This document shows positions 22,845 through 35,691 of a DNA stretch of 64,000 nucleotides, piece after piece. Under the pieces are notes generated by a model that saw only the letters and a list, made by a program, of their open reading frames with translations, was not told the DNA's origin and did no database searches. Both the position numbers and the translations under genes were made by a program. The stretch spans positions 39,062,001 to 39,126,000 of the forward strand of contig NC_086108.1 in NCBI RefSeq assembly GCF_963921235.1. Reading direction: 5' to 3'. Position 1 is the stretch's first letter, and each line of letters begins with the position of its first letter. Source of the stretch: Mobula hypostoma (Eukaryota).

Positions 22845-24449
22845 CTGGAAAAGAAAACAAATTCTTAAGTGCTTATAAGCAGATCACAATGACTGAGTAT
22901 CAAGGCCTGCATTGTTAGTCAACCAATGTGTTTTTAACATGAGACTAGTGGAATTCATAGCCCCACCCAAAAACCTTTCACAAAGCGAGCTCCACACCTC
23001 GACTGTGGATAAACAAGTGGGAGATACACTTACATAGGAAATGAGAGAGAATTAATAATCAGTAAGGAATAGGGGAGTTACGCTAGTGCCTAGATCAAAT
23101 GAAGGAGTTGGGATGATGTGCACAGCTGTCAGGTTTTCTAAAATAATTAGATATGATGAAAAACAGATTTGGAAACTTGAGGACATAACTTTTAATTGTA
23201 AATACGTATTTGCAGCGCAGAAGGATTCTAGTAATGCATCGCACAAAATCTTTCCATGAGAGCATGGGGCAATATTGTGGTTTTGCACGCACACACGTGC
23301 ATTAAATGGATAAAATTAGTGAAATATGAAATAATGCTTCTTTGGCATGCAAGTTATAACAGAAATGGGCAACTATTAACAAGGCTTGTTCTTACTGAAG
23401 GATATTATTTGTTAAAAATGCAATTTCCTATGGCAATTACTGTCCTTACATTATGTAGAGCAAGTTAAATGATAAATAACTACTCTCATTTTATAAAATA
23501 AGGTTTGTAGAAGCAGTGCCATTGTATGTGCATTTATGCTGTAAGCAGTGGCTTCTCCATTAGAAAATGAAGTGAAAAATTGCTTCAGAACAAGAACCAA
23601 CAAATGATCAATTTAATATGGGGTTCTGAGTCTCATTTCCCAGCACAATATTGCATCACTGTACTGACAACTCCTTCACTGTTTTTGTTAATCCACAGCA
23701 TGATAGGTGGCTTCTGAAACAACTATGTCTGGCATCAGCAATTAACACTGACAACTGCATGTGTTTGATATTTCACACAGAAGTATTAGGATACTCTTCT
23801 TTATGAAAGGAGAGGAAATACTTCTGATTAAATTTGAAGTATTCCATTACTTAGGGGCAAGGGCAAAATTGTCCTTCATTTCCAGGCAGCATGCTGTTCT
23901 TTCTAGTTCCCGCTTTTAAAAAGAAACAGAATAAATTCAGAGAAGCTAAGATATTCATAAATGGCTAAAATGCTTCTCTCAAATATTAACAGAACACAGA
24001 ATTCAGTCTCTAGCTAATAACATTTTAATCTCTATTTTTGAATAGTTATGACTAGCTTAATTTGTGTAAACAGCAACATAAACCCTGCCAGCAAGGTAAT
24101 CCCAGAATAGTTCTCCATTCCCTAATGAATCTGCAAGACTGGCATTGTGTCCTATATGTAGTCCTGCATTTAAATACAATAACTTCATTATGTATTTACA
24201 TATGTAATTAATAGTTTTAGGTTTTGATTTTTTATGTTTACAATCTTTTCATGAATTATCTATTATATTCCACAATTTAACAGTAAATTAATAAGGTTAC
24301 AACACTATTAATACACTTACTATCTTTAAATGAAACTCTATGAATAAAGTAACAGAAGAAATGTAACTATAACATCTTTTAAATAATCTGAAAACAAGTA
24401 TTTTTTGGGCAGGGTACATATAAAGATCATTTTAGGTCAATATTTGTGA

Positions 24450-24785
24450 ATGTCACTGGCAAGGCTAGTGTGCATTGCCCGTCCATAATTGCCCTTGAAC
24501 TGTGGAGGCAATTAAAAGCCAACTATGCCAGTGGTTCTGGAATCACATATCGGTCAGATCAGATAAGGATGACAGATTTTCTTCTCTGAAGGGACACCAG
24601 TGAACCAGATGAGTTTTACGACAAGCGGTTTCATGGTCACCACTACTGACAATAGCTTTTCATTCCAGACTTACTTAATTATTTGAATTCCCCAGCTGCT
24701 GTGGTAGGATTCAAGCTCGTGTCTCTGGATCAGTGATCCAGAACTCTGGTTACTAGTTCAGTAACTCAACCACAATGCAGCACAA
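24450..24785 (-). mobile_element. Old tRNA-derived SINE
   Basis: Minus strand starts gtgctgcattgtggttgagttactgaactagtaacc...gagcttgaatcc (decayed A/B boxes). The body resembles 42500-42710 (+). The tail resembles the LINE-like end at ~58580. Confidence 0.55.
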
Positions 24786-26559
24786 GGCCTCATTAACACC
24801 ATTAACACAAGATGCAATAAATAATTGCATGCTATATTGTTTCTCCCTCCTCCTGGCCCCACCAAGCATTTATAATCATATTAAACCATCTGATGCATAT
24901 GCTTCAATGGAAGCAGTTCTTCCCACTCAAATCACTATGGTCTATAGCTGATACAACACTGATTAGAAAGTCCATCTGTCAAATTTCACAGTAAAATAAA
25001 AAAATAAATTTACACTATTTACATGAGGCATCTTAATTTTGAACAGCTGGAAATTCAAGGCAGAATCACTTTAGCAGCTGCAGTGTTTCAAACAAAATAT
25101 TTTTAAATTGCATCCAGTACAAACAGCAGATTCCTCAACCTAGTATTTATTTATATTTGACAATTGTTAACTACGCCTTCACAATTGCTTTTATTTTGTT
25201 CAAAGAATGAGCTCATCAAGTATTCCATAATAGCTCTTCTGCCCTACAATTGCAACACACAAACATGATGTGAACAAACATGGTTGAAAATTGCAAGCAC
25301 GTTAAACACGGATCTGAAAATTGATTTGTTAAATATACACAAACAAATTGCAATGTATCATTTGATTAGAATTTGCTTTAACAATGCAGACTGTTGTTGG
25401 GAAAACAAAGGGCAGGCAAGAGGGAGAAGACGGCCTGTGGGTGAATACACTGACCTGCATAGTTGTTTAAAGAATTTGGGCTTCTGGATTGATGATCCAA
25501 GGAAGGGCCATAGACTAAATACAGTTAATTCTGAAAATTGAAAGCCATGGATACTCTTCTCTTTCGTTTTGCTGGTTCTACTGAATTCAACGCTAATTTC
25601 ATTCTTATACATTTGGTGAGTTGGGAAGATTTAGTGGGATTGCACTTGATAACTTGTCAGCAATGCAAGTACAATCAGATTTTTTAAATTTGATAAACTG
25701 TTCAATTTGATGATGGAAATACCAGAAGGAATACTGTTTCTCTTAATTATTAATTTATTCATTGCCGGAAACACAATTTTAATTTGGGCAATCTTGTCAA
25801 TGGATTTTGAACCAGCCCAGACAAGAGTTACTCACTGTTGCTTCATACTCACAGAAGGGAAAAAGAATAAACCAGAGGCCAGGAATTGCAGTTTACTGAG
25901 TTGGTAAGAATGATCCTGTTCATATCAGCAGACTCCACCTGGTTGCAAAGCATCTCTGAAAATTGCTTCTCTTTGCTCCAACAAAGCTACCCAGCTGTCC
26001 CCCAATAATCTTCCATCCACTCATCACCTGTGTGTTGTCCCTTGATGACCTTCTCTATGCATTTCCAGTTCACTTATGAACATGCACTTTAACAACAACT
26101 TTCTCACCATGACTCCCCTTTATCTTTCCCACAGGTTCTTGGGGCAAGACCACATCCTTGACATCCAGTCTCTGACTGAATAATTTCAGCCCCTTTTAAA
26201 AAAGGAGTCTTCATAAGCTCACCATTACTCCATCCTCCCTGACCATAGTCTCAAGCTGACCCAGAAGGCAAAGTTTTCACCTTGACACCAGGGAGTAAAC
26301 ACCTTTCTGTCACCAAGCCATCAATTTTCACCATAATCATGTTACACACTGCTGTCCCAGCTTCACTTGCCTAAAGTTTGAAAGCTACTTGCTTTTTTTT
26401 AAAATTTTCAGACATAACTGTTCCAATACCTCCCATGTTTCAGTTTCCAGCCATAATACATTTCAGGTAACTCAAAGCCTATAGTCCTTCAGACACCGGT
26501 CCTTAGTATGACTCATCATCATCATTTAGCTCTTACCTGCTACTTAAATCCTTCTGAAG

Positions 26560-26783
26560 CAAGGGTTACCAACCAGGGCACCGCAGGCCCCTTGGTTAAT
26601 GGCATAAAGAAGGTTGGGAAGCCCTGCCGCAAAGGCTTTCCCTCCTCTAATGTAACCATGAACAATTCTTTATATAGTCACAACAAGCTTTTCATCCTTC
26701 TAAGCCAGGGGTTCCCAAACATTTTCATGCCATGGACCAATACTGTTAAGCAAGCAGTCTGTGGACCCAGGTTGGGAACCCTC
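26560..26783. mobile_element. Two small hAT-type MITE relics (26560-26626 and 26706-26783), opposite orientation
   Basis: TIRs of the form CAGGGGTTCCCAA...TTGGGAACCC(C)T, typical of hAT/Charlie-type MITEs. Confidence 0.6.
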
Positions 26784-27773
26784 ACTCTCAGCCCATTTTC
26801 TTATGCATTACCCTGCACACATATTGGCATTATGCCTTGGCTACCACTTTCAGCAAACTTTCAGACACTTGCACTGTCATCTGCTACTTTTGGCTCAGCT
26901 TCCACTTTTGCCTTTGTGAAATGTGTTGAGATCTTTTCCTACATGAGAAGCATATTTATATTGCATCATGAAATCATGAACAGAGAACATGCTGTTTATA
27001 ATCAATAGTAGACACACTCAGTTTATGTTGTCATGATAGTGATTACATATCTTGGAATACGAAACACATGAAGCAGTACATGCATAAGCAGATAGCCCAC
27101 AATGTAGAAATGATGATACAACCATTTTTTAAATATAATTCTATCCTCATGCTTTTGAGTACACTAGGCAACTGATCAAAGAAAGATATCCAACCTGCTC
27201 CTGTGCTGCACTCATCAATGTTCCATATAATCAAGTGAGAGATTATTTCTAACTTACTGAAATAGAGTTTAAATATTTTCAGGTTTTGATAGTAGAGTTC
27301 CTAGTTTTTAAGATGAAGTCATTAGACCGTGCTACAACTCACTTCTAAAAATTAACTGGCACCACCTCAAAACACATTGCCGAGGGCTAACAAATGAGCT
27401 CAATATCAATCAGTTGCAAATATCTTTTATCCATTTTCCACTGGCGCAAGTGCCATGGAGAAATAAATGGCGATAAATAAACAGATTTTGCAACAGCCTT
27501 TAAAGGGTTCCGAGGAAGTTCTCTTACAGGAATTAGATACACTTGTTCAATTCTTTACCTTTTATTAAGGAGCTAGAGAAAAGAAATAGCATATCCCCGG
27601 AACTTGCAATGTACTCGTCCATAATAATAACACAGTGGATGAAGCCCCAACAGTGGTTCTACAAACCTCATGACACTGTCATATTAATATACAGAATCTT
27701 GGTGTTATCCAGAGTTTTAAAATCTACATTGGTAACTAAAGCAGAGATCTCCAAGGTAGATTAGTAGCCTTAC

Positions 27774-27874
27774 CAGCAATAGTCCAGCAGGTGGGGAGGG
27801 AGCACTGGGATGTAAATATGCTGCCAATACATTGGATAGATCATGGCAGCTGATGCATGAACACAAGCCGTTAA
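27774..27874 (-). CDS. DENND1B: DENND1B internal coding exon, 101 bp ([33 protein letters not shown]+TG)
   Basis: tattttcag|TTA ACG...TGC TG|gtaagg. Contains the conserved DENN motif [14 protein letters not shown]. Ends in phase 2. Confidence 0.96.
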
Positions 27875-30800
27875 CTGAAAATAACAAAAAACAATACGTT
27901 CACAAACAAAATTGACTAGAAAATCACAGCAAAGCACAAAACAGTCGACCACAAATCCTTATGCTAAAAATGTTTAATGATAAAAAAAAATGTTCAACAG
28001 TGAAAAGGTCACGTCTGCACCATAATTTGCTCATCTTCAGGATTAAAATAACATGATTAAATATGGAAAAGAACAGGGTCTGAAGGCTCCTGAGGGATAT
28101 CATTAGGGCAAATTGCCAAGAATGAAACATGAGCCAGCCAGGAGAGTCTCGAGGCTGAAAAACTCTGAGGGATTGAAACGTTCGACAGTTGGAGCTATGG
28201 TGATGTGTGAACTGCAGCTTGAGTTATCAAGAGAATTTGTTCACTGACACATGGAATGCCACTATTGACCAGCAACTGCCCGAGCTAAACAGCTGTACAG
28301 TTGAAAGCATAAATATATTATAGCTTTTTATCTCCAGTCAATGCTCTGGAACCAACTTATTTGCTTTTGTGTTGCAATGGAGCCATGTACAAAAACAGTA
28401 AAGCTTACTATACAACTACTGCACATCTTAATTGTGAGCATTTTTCTTATCTAAACAAACCATACAATTAGATTGTAAAGACTATTTGACAAAGTGGGAA
28501 ATCTCATGAAGCAATTTTTATAAACAACGATAAACTCACAATTGTGGCTACCAATAGTACATTAGTCTTTCATTTAGAGTATTTATAATTGAAACTGTAT
28601 TTTTTTTAAGCTGGCAATACATTCCATCTTATTTTGTTGATATACCCATCCATAATTTGTGTTTTAAGTTACCCAGTTTTGGGACCTGTGTGTCCACTAT
28701 TTATTGACCATCTCTGTTTGCACTTGACTACAGAGTAGTGAGCTGCATTGAACTGCTGCATGTTCTCCCAGAATGCAATTACGTAAGAAGCATCAGCATT
28801 TTCGAACCAGTGACAAAGGACCAGCAACATATTTCAAAGTCTGGCTGCAGTGCAATTTGGAGGGAACACATGATCATGATATTCCCACATGCCAAAAGCT
28901 CTTGTTTCTTCTTGACAACGGAGATCATGGATTTGGGAGGCTTGATCAAACCTGCTCTACGCCCCCTCCCTAATTCCACACAAACAGACTCAGAAAAATT
29001 CTAGGTTTTCAAAGTATTCGAATTCCACTCGAATGGACAAAATGTAAATAGGTAGCATTGTTTTTGTTAACCGCTTCAAATCATTATACAGAAAGGAAGC
29101 AGTATAAAGTAGGCTGAAGGTTAAGAAATATTAAACTGTCATTCAAGAAAACTATACTCATTAAAATCACCATACACAGTTATCAATGCTTACATCATTG
29201 CTACACTTAAACATCTTTGGATATCATGCAGTCTAATTCTTCATAATACACTACATATTGACTTGGGTGTTTCAACATTGCGGTTGTCATATATTCTGTA
29301 TTTGATTCTATATGCAGGAGTAGGAAGCAAATTCTTTACATCAGTGAGGCTGCAACAATGGCGATGTGATTTACTGCTGAACCCATCAATATCTTTCTCC
29401 TTGAAATATTTCACTATTTTAGCTGCAATCTCAACCTTCACTCTCCTCACCTGATTACTCCCTCTTGTCTGCTTCCACCAAACACCCTCCTTTCTTTATC
29501 TCCCAAACTTATCCTTACCTTGTCTGGCTCCCACCCTTCATCCTTCACCCCTCTCTAGGCCACTGATCACCCACCAGCCTCTATCTCATCCCTCCTCCTT
29601 TCCTCCTTATATTAACTATCACCCTATTATATTCACTCTCAGTCTTGATGCAGAGTTTTGATCCAAAATATCCATCAATCCTTCCCAGTCCCCTATCACA
29701 GATACTGTTTGGCCCTCTGAGCTACCCCAGCAGTCTGGTTTTGGCTACAGATTCCAGCATCTGCAGTCTCATATCCCTTCATTTCACTAGTCACCTCACT
29801 GGGGCTTCAAGCGCACAGGATTCTCATTGTCTAGCCTTTGATCAGCACTTTCCTCTCATTGGCTACTATGGACAGCATTCAAAATCACAAGCATCACTGA
29901 TTATGTTTTGAGATCCACGGACACCATCCAGAAAATTACAAACCTACCGCAAAATTTTAAAGCGATGAGGGAAATTTTATTTTTGTGAGATATCCAATTT
30001 TGCATTAACCTCTTGCGTTTTGTCTGAGTTGTGACATACCCAATATCTGAGAACTTTTAAAGCACTAATTAGATACTACTGAAATCCAGAGTTACAACTT
30101 GCCTCAGATAATACATTACACCTAGATTACAATATAGGACAGAGTGCCAATATACTTGCAAAGTACACACAAAAACGTCAAGAATGGAGAATCCAAACAT
30201 GAGTTAAACTTCTAACAATTACGATGGCAGCCATGAAAGAACTTCCTATAATCTTAGCAGATCAGTAATGCAATCTTAAATAAATAAAACATAATTTGAA
30301 TAATTCCAAGACTGTAGATCTGACACTGTGTGGAGTTAGATCCCTTTTAAACAGAAAAATTAAACAATTGTCACTGTAAGGCTGATACCTCTGATACTCC
30401 TGCAACTCCTTTTGTTTCCTAGCTGCATTCCGAATGAAAATCAATTAAACAACTGCAAATCATCTCCAAAGTACTTTTCATACAAGCATAACCCTACACT
30501 CCATTAAAAAGTCCATATAGGCTTGTCTTGCTAATAAATATATGTTAAATTCAAAAAGCGGGTTATTCATTATTCATTATGAAATAAACATTATGGAGAT
30601 TTTGTTTTATTCTTGGGGATTTTAATAGAATTTTACAATGACACACTATGGTATTTACCTCTAAATTGAAAGTGCCTTTGAGATTTATTCAAAGGTGCTC
30701 GAGCTGCAAAGACATTAGCTGAGCATTTCTAGTGCTCAGAAGAGAGTTGAGCATTCAGGAGTAAGTACACCCATAAACAACCATAAAATTGTTATAAAGA

Positions 30801-32516
30801 ATAATAAAAATGTATCCTGCATTTGAGGCTGTAGCTAGATTAAAATTGGCACTCAAAAACAGACTGGCAGTTGCTGTTGAAATGGAACCGTCTGATTAAT
30901 GCATCATATAACTATCTCCCAAACCACTGGAAGAATCTACTAACATGATAGTTCACCAGAAGCATTGATGTGATCTGTAAGTGGCTAAATGATGTGTCCC
31001 ATCTTTGACAAAACACAAATACTGTTTTGTCACCATTTTACTGATGAAATATTGAATGAATTGACAATAGTAACAAAGGATTAAGAATTGAGAAAAAGAA
31101 CACATCAGTATGGTATTGTGACTTGCAGCTGCTAGTATCCTCTGCAGCCGCACAATGGTTTGCACAAATACAACTCTCCTGACCTAGAGAGAATTCTACC
31201 GATTACAGTTCCGCACATTTTTCACCTTATAGTGCTCAAACTGAGACATTTTAAAAGCATCACATGAAGAGTCTGCATTGTATTAACAGTTCAATTACTA
31301 AATTATCAGTTTAACCAAATTACCAAGATTCAATTGCACATTGCAAGATGAACTCCACAGAATAATCTCACACCACTTTTCTTTGCAATCATTGTTGGGT
31401 TACAATCACTGACCAATTTTGGTGTTACCCCTGACTACTGCAGCAAGAGAAACATGACCCATCTCTAATGGATCAAAATCACTTCTTGAACAACTATAAA
31501 CCTTCCACTTCTAAATCCACATAAATGCTCTTTGGGAAACCTGATTTTCAATGTGACTGTATTTTATAGCAGTACTTATCGTGCCTACAGTTTGGTACTC
31601 TAATTTTTTCCATATATGAAGCCAGGAATTGGAGCAGAGTACCTTGCCACTGCAAGTTCTGTTTCGATGCAGCTGCAGTCTCTAGCCTGTGCATGTCACT
31701 GTGGCGCAGCCTACGATTCTGATGATTCATTGAGGCAGCCACAAGCCATATTGACTTGAAGTAAGGTTTGATGCTTCTTTCATGATCTTTCACCCTCGTG
31801 CTTCCAATACCTCATCCTACACCACTCATCAACATCTAGTTCATTTTTTTTTTGCAACTTCCAAGAAACAACTCTCTAGGCTACAGCAATAAGCATCTCC
31901 ACGTAGCACTCTATATCCTTTCTGGTCACTGAAGTACCTCAAGAAATATCCCTCAACAAGCACCTTGACTGACTTCTGAGTAGCAAGTGGTATGTTATTA
32001 ATCGTGAAAAGCTGGCCAATAGTACTGCTGACAAGAGAAACCAACCAACAATGCCAGTTTTAGATCTAGCTTATTGCTATTCCTTGTTAAACTAAACTGA
32101 ATGTTTTAGCACAACATTACAGAATCACAAATACTGACCTTATGGTTCTGGTACTATGAAACTATCCCATGGGGTGAGTAAATGACTGAGTGTTATAAAT
32201 AACCTGAAGCTGAAAACTAAATGTTTTATTGTACACAAGAGCTTTGTTTTTTAAGGCAACATTTCATAGCTAACTTCCATAAAGCTGCAGTCAATACTTG
32301 TTTAAAATCTGTATTTTGTTCCAATTGCCTGCAGATTCAAACACATTGGTGAAATTAAAGGATTTTTTCATCATGAGATTTCGTCAAATGATGTACTTAG
32401 TAATGTCTGTAATATCCCTTAACTGCACCAATTGTACTTCTGGGCACAAATTGTTGACATAACTGCCCCAGTGCTATCTACATCATGGAAATGCATGAGC
32501 TATTTCAATACCATTT

Positions 32517-34095
32517 ATAGAGTCATAAAGAAGTACAGCACAGAAACAAGCTCTTCAGCCCATCTAGTTCTTGCCAAAACCATTTGACCTCCCTCCTCCT
32601 ATCCACCAGCACTGGGACCATAGCCCTCTATAACCCTACTATCCATGTACCTATCCAAACTTTGCTTAAACGGTGAAATCGAGCTCGCCTGCATCATGTA
32701 CTGGCAACTCATTCCACATTTTTACAACCCTCTGAGTGAAGAATTTTCCACTCAAGTTCCCCTTAAACTTTTCACCTTTTAACCTTAACCCTTGACCTCT
32801 GGCTGTAGGCCCACCCAACCTTAGTGGAAAAAGCCTGCTTGCATTTACCCTGTCTTTACCCCTCATAATTTTGTATACCTCATTCAAATCTCCTGTTAAT
32901 CTTCTACATTTCAATCAATAAAGTTCTAACTTTTTCAATCCTTTCTTATAACCAAGGTCTTCCATACTCAGCAACATCCTCAAAAATTTTCTCTATACTC
33001 TTTCAACCTTATTTACATCTTTTCTGTAGGCAGGTGACCAAAACTGCACACAATACTCCAAATAGGCCTCACCAATGTATTCATCATAACATCCCATCTC
33101 CTGTACTCAATACTTTTATCTATGAAGGCCAATGTACCAAAAGTTTTCTTTATGACCCTATCTACCTGTAACGCCACTTTCATTGAATTATGGACCTGTT
33201 TTCCCAGATTCCTTTGTTTTACCACACTCCTCAGTGCCATACCGTTCGCTGTGTAAGACCTACCCTGGTTGGTCCTACTGAAGTGCAACACCTCACACTT
33301 GTCTGCATCAGTAAAACAAAGGAGATGGTGAGGACCTACAAGTACCTGGGGATGTACCTGGATTACAGACTGGGCCAGAGTCGCCTCCACTTCCTGAGGA
33401 GACTGAGGTCCTTTGGAGTATGCAGGCCTTTCCTTCACATGTTCTACCAGTCTGTTGTCACCAATACATTCTTCTATGCAGTGGTGTGCTGGGGCAATGG
33501 CATCGACATGGGTGATGCCAACAGGCTCAATAAACTGATTAGAAAGGGTGGCTCTGTTATTGAAGTCAAACTGGATACACTGGAGGCTGTAGTAGAACAA
33601 AGTACCCTGTAGAAAATCCTGGCAATTCTGGACAATGTTTCTCACCCTCTGCATGTCACCTTTGCTGAACCGAGGAACACTTCTAGTAATAGACTAAGAC
33701 AACTGCACTGCTCCAAAGAGCACTATATGAGGTCATTTTTACCTTCAGCTATTCGGCTGTATAATGAGCCAACCTATAGGTGGGGAAGTGATGACACCCT
33801 CCTGTTACACTGTCTGAGGTAACTTATTTGATTATTTTTTATTCTTTCTTACTTCTCTTTTAATATTTGTATATCTGTGCATTTGTAATGCTATTGTGGC
33901 ACTGTAATTTCCTTTGGGATCAATAAAGAATCTATCTTTCAACCTATCTATCTAAATTCCATCTGCCATTTTTCAGCCCGATTTCCAGCCGATAGCCTTT
34001 CTTGCTGTCCACTACACCCCCAGTCTTAGTGTCACCTGCAAATTTACTGATTCTGTTAGCCACATTATCATCCAGATCATTGATAAAGATTACAA
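32517..34095 (-). mobile_element. CR1 LINE 3' portion (RT end plus 3' UTR), interrupted by a Rex1-type insertion
   Basis: Minus-strand translations IFINDLDDNVANRISKFAGDTKTGGVVDS, DKCEVLHF and RRLTGDLNEVYKIMRG...FFTQRVVKMWNELP are CR1 ORF2 motifs. Confidence 0.88.
33309..33953 (+). mobile_element. Rex1/Babar LINE 3' fragment nested in CR1
   Basis: SKTKEMV..YKYLG..GQSRLHFLRRLRSFGVCRPFLHMFYQSVV..FFYAVVCWG. Tail aataaagaatctatct...atctatct. The CR1 sequence resumes on both sides. Confidence 0.85.
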
Positions 34096-34536
34096 ACGCT
34101 TTATAATATCTATTTCTACTTCTATTGATAATTTTTATTATCAAGAGTTTCTTTTGTATTTGTACCAACAGAAATCAAGTGAACAAAATGCCCTCAGATG
34201 GGGGTTAAAAAGCACCTTTTCAATGTGGTAACTGAAACTGACTTCCTTCCCAGAACACTATGTCAATCCAAAATAAAGAAAACAGTGCCCAACTTACCAG
34301 AAAATGATGTGTAGTTTAAAAACAATAATTTTCTTCATTACAAGAGTTATTTTTAATACATATTATCAAGGCAAAAATATAACAGAGATAGTTATGGAGG
34401 CAACACAATACAATAGCAACCTCTTTGTTTGGAATCAACTGAACCCAGTCACCTCACAACTTTCCATTTATCTTCTGGATAAGTTAACATCTGTCCTCTC
34501 TCAGAGCTTTGTTCTGCCAACATTTCATTTTACATA

Positions 34537-34760
34537 CAAACAACAGGAATTCTGCAGATGCTGGAAATTCAAGCAACACACATCAAAGTTGCTGGTGAAC
34601 GCAGCAAGCCAGGCAGCATCTATAGGAAGAGGCGCAGTCGACGTTTCAGGCCGAGACCCTTCGTCAGGACAAGGTCTCGGCCTGAAACGTCGACTGCGCC
34701 TCTTCCTATAGATGCTGCCTGGCTTGCTGCGTTCACCAGCAACTTTGATGTGTGTTGCTT
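34537..34760. mobile_element. Young fold-back PLE-derived insertion: perfect 88-bp inverted repeat with TSD
   Basis: 34571-34658 is the exact reverse complement of 34673-34760, with a 14-nt spacer. Flanked by tttcattttacata at 34523-34536 and 34759-34772. Confidence 0.92.
34636..34671 (-). ncRNA. Minimal type I hammerhead ribozyme motif with intact catalytic core
   Basis: Minus strand: (T)GTC-CTGACGA-AGGGTCTCGGCCT-GAAA-CG-TC-GAC(T). CUGACGA, GAAA and GUC are all present, with the ACGU palindrome in place of helix III. Confidence 0.75.
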
Positions 34761-35441
34761 TCATTTTACATAAATTGTATTTCATAATATTTCATTAAAA
34801 TCATGATACTGAGTAAAGTAAAACAAAATTAGAGTGTTCTGATATTATTTTGTATAGTAGAATTAAAAAAGAACTCACTTCTCCACTATAACAATGAATG
34901 GACTACTTATCACCATCAATTGGACAGTGTCTCCCTATCCCACAAGGTCTGCCACTGACAGTATTTGAAGTTACAAAGTCAGGACAACATCATGTTCAAA
35001 TTGCAATCCCATTTTGTAAAATATGACGTTGCCAGAAGTTGCTGCTCAGCCCAAATCCAAGTATTCCCTATTGAATCCTTATCGAGGAAGCATTGTCACA
35101 AGTACTGAAAAAAGACAAAATGGCAGCTTGTACCAAAGTAATGAAGGAATGGAAGTTAGGCCTTCTTAGAACTTCCACTAGGTTAAGGATGCATACTTTA
35201 AAAAAACACTAAAATGCCTTGCCTGCAAAAGTTGTATTTTGAACTTCATGATCCATACAAACCGCTAACACTACCGTTGCTAATATTAAATGTAGCAGGA
35301 TCCAACCAAATCTCAAAACAACAGAGGTCCGGAGATTTAGCTGGGTGTATTCTGGAGTGAAGCCTGACTCTGCCAGGAAACTTAGACTGAATTTGGAAAG
35401 CAGCTGCGACATTGATGAAATTTAAACTACTTTGCATTTAC

Positions 35442-35691
35442 TGCCCCAGCTGGTGGCGTAGTGGCATCAGCGCCGGACTTTGGGACGAAAGGTCCTGAGT
35501 TCGAATCCAGCCGGCTCCTCCGCACGCTTTCCAGGGTTACGAGCTGGTGATCTCTTTGGAAGCTCACCCGGCAGAAGGCAATGGCAAACCACTTGCCTCG
35601 TACGCAGTTCCCCACTACGTCAGAGAGGCGTACGGGGAAATCGTCCACTGACCGGAGAAACTCAGGATGCGACGTACCTTTCCTTTCCTTT
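35442..35691 (+). mobile_element. Young tRNA-derived SINE with RTE-related body
   Basis: A box TGGCGTAGTGG (35454-35464), B box GAGTTCGAATCC (35497-35508), RTE/BovB-like GAAGGCAATGGCAAACCAC, (CCTTT)n tail. Perfect 11-bp TSD tttgcatttac (35431-35441, 35692-35702). Confidence 0.88.

Noticed and set aside
33013..33654. Longest ORF in the track (213 aa)
   Set aside because: Chimera of antisense Rex1 sequence and CR1 ORF2 across an insertion junction; not a gene.
34304..34785. Overlapping ORFs on both strands with duplicated peptides (RPETSTAPLPIDAAWLAAF)
   Set aside because: A by-product of the 88-bp inverted repeat in a non-coding pLTR. The same pseudo-peptides recur at 52, 8650 and 8711.
35451..35515. 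Possible tRNA gene
   Set aside because: A and B boxes are followed by an RTE-like body, a simple-repeat tail and a TSD, so it is a SINE head.
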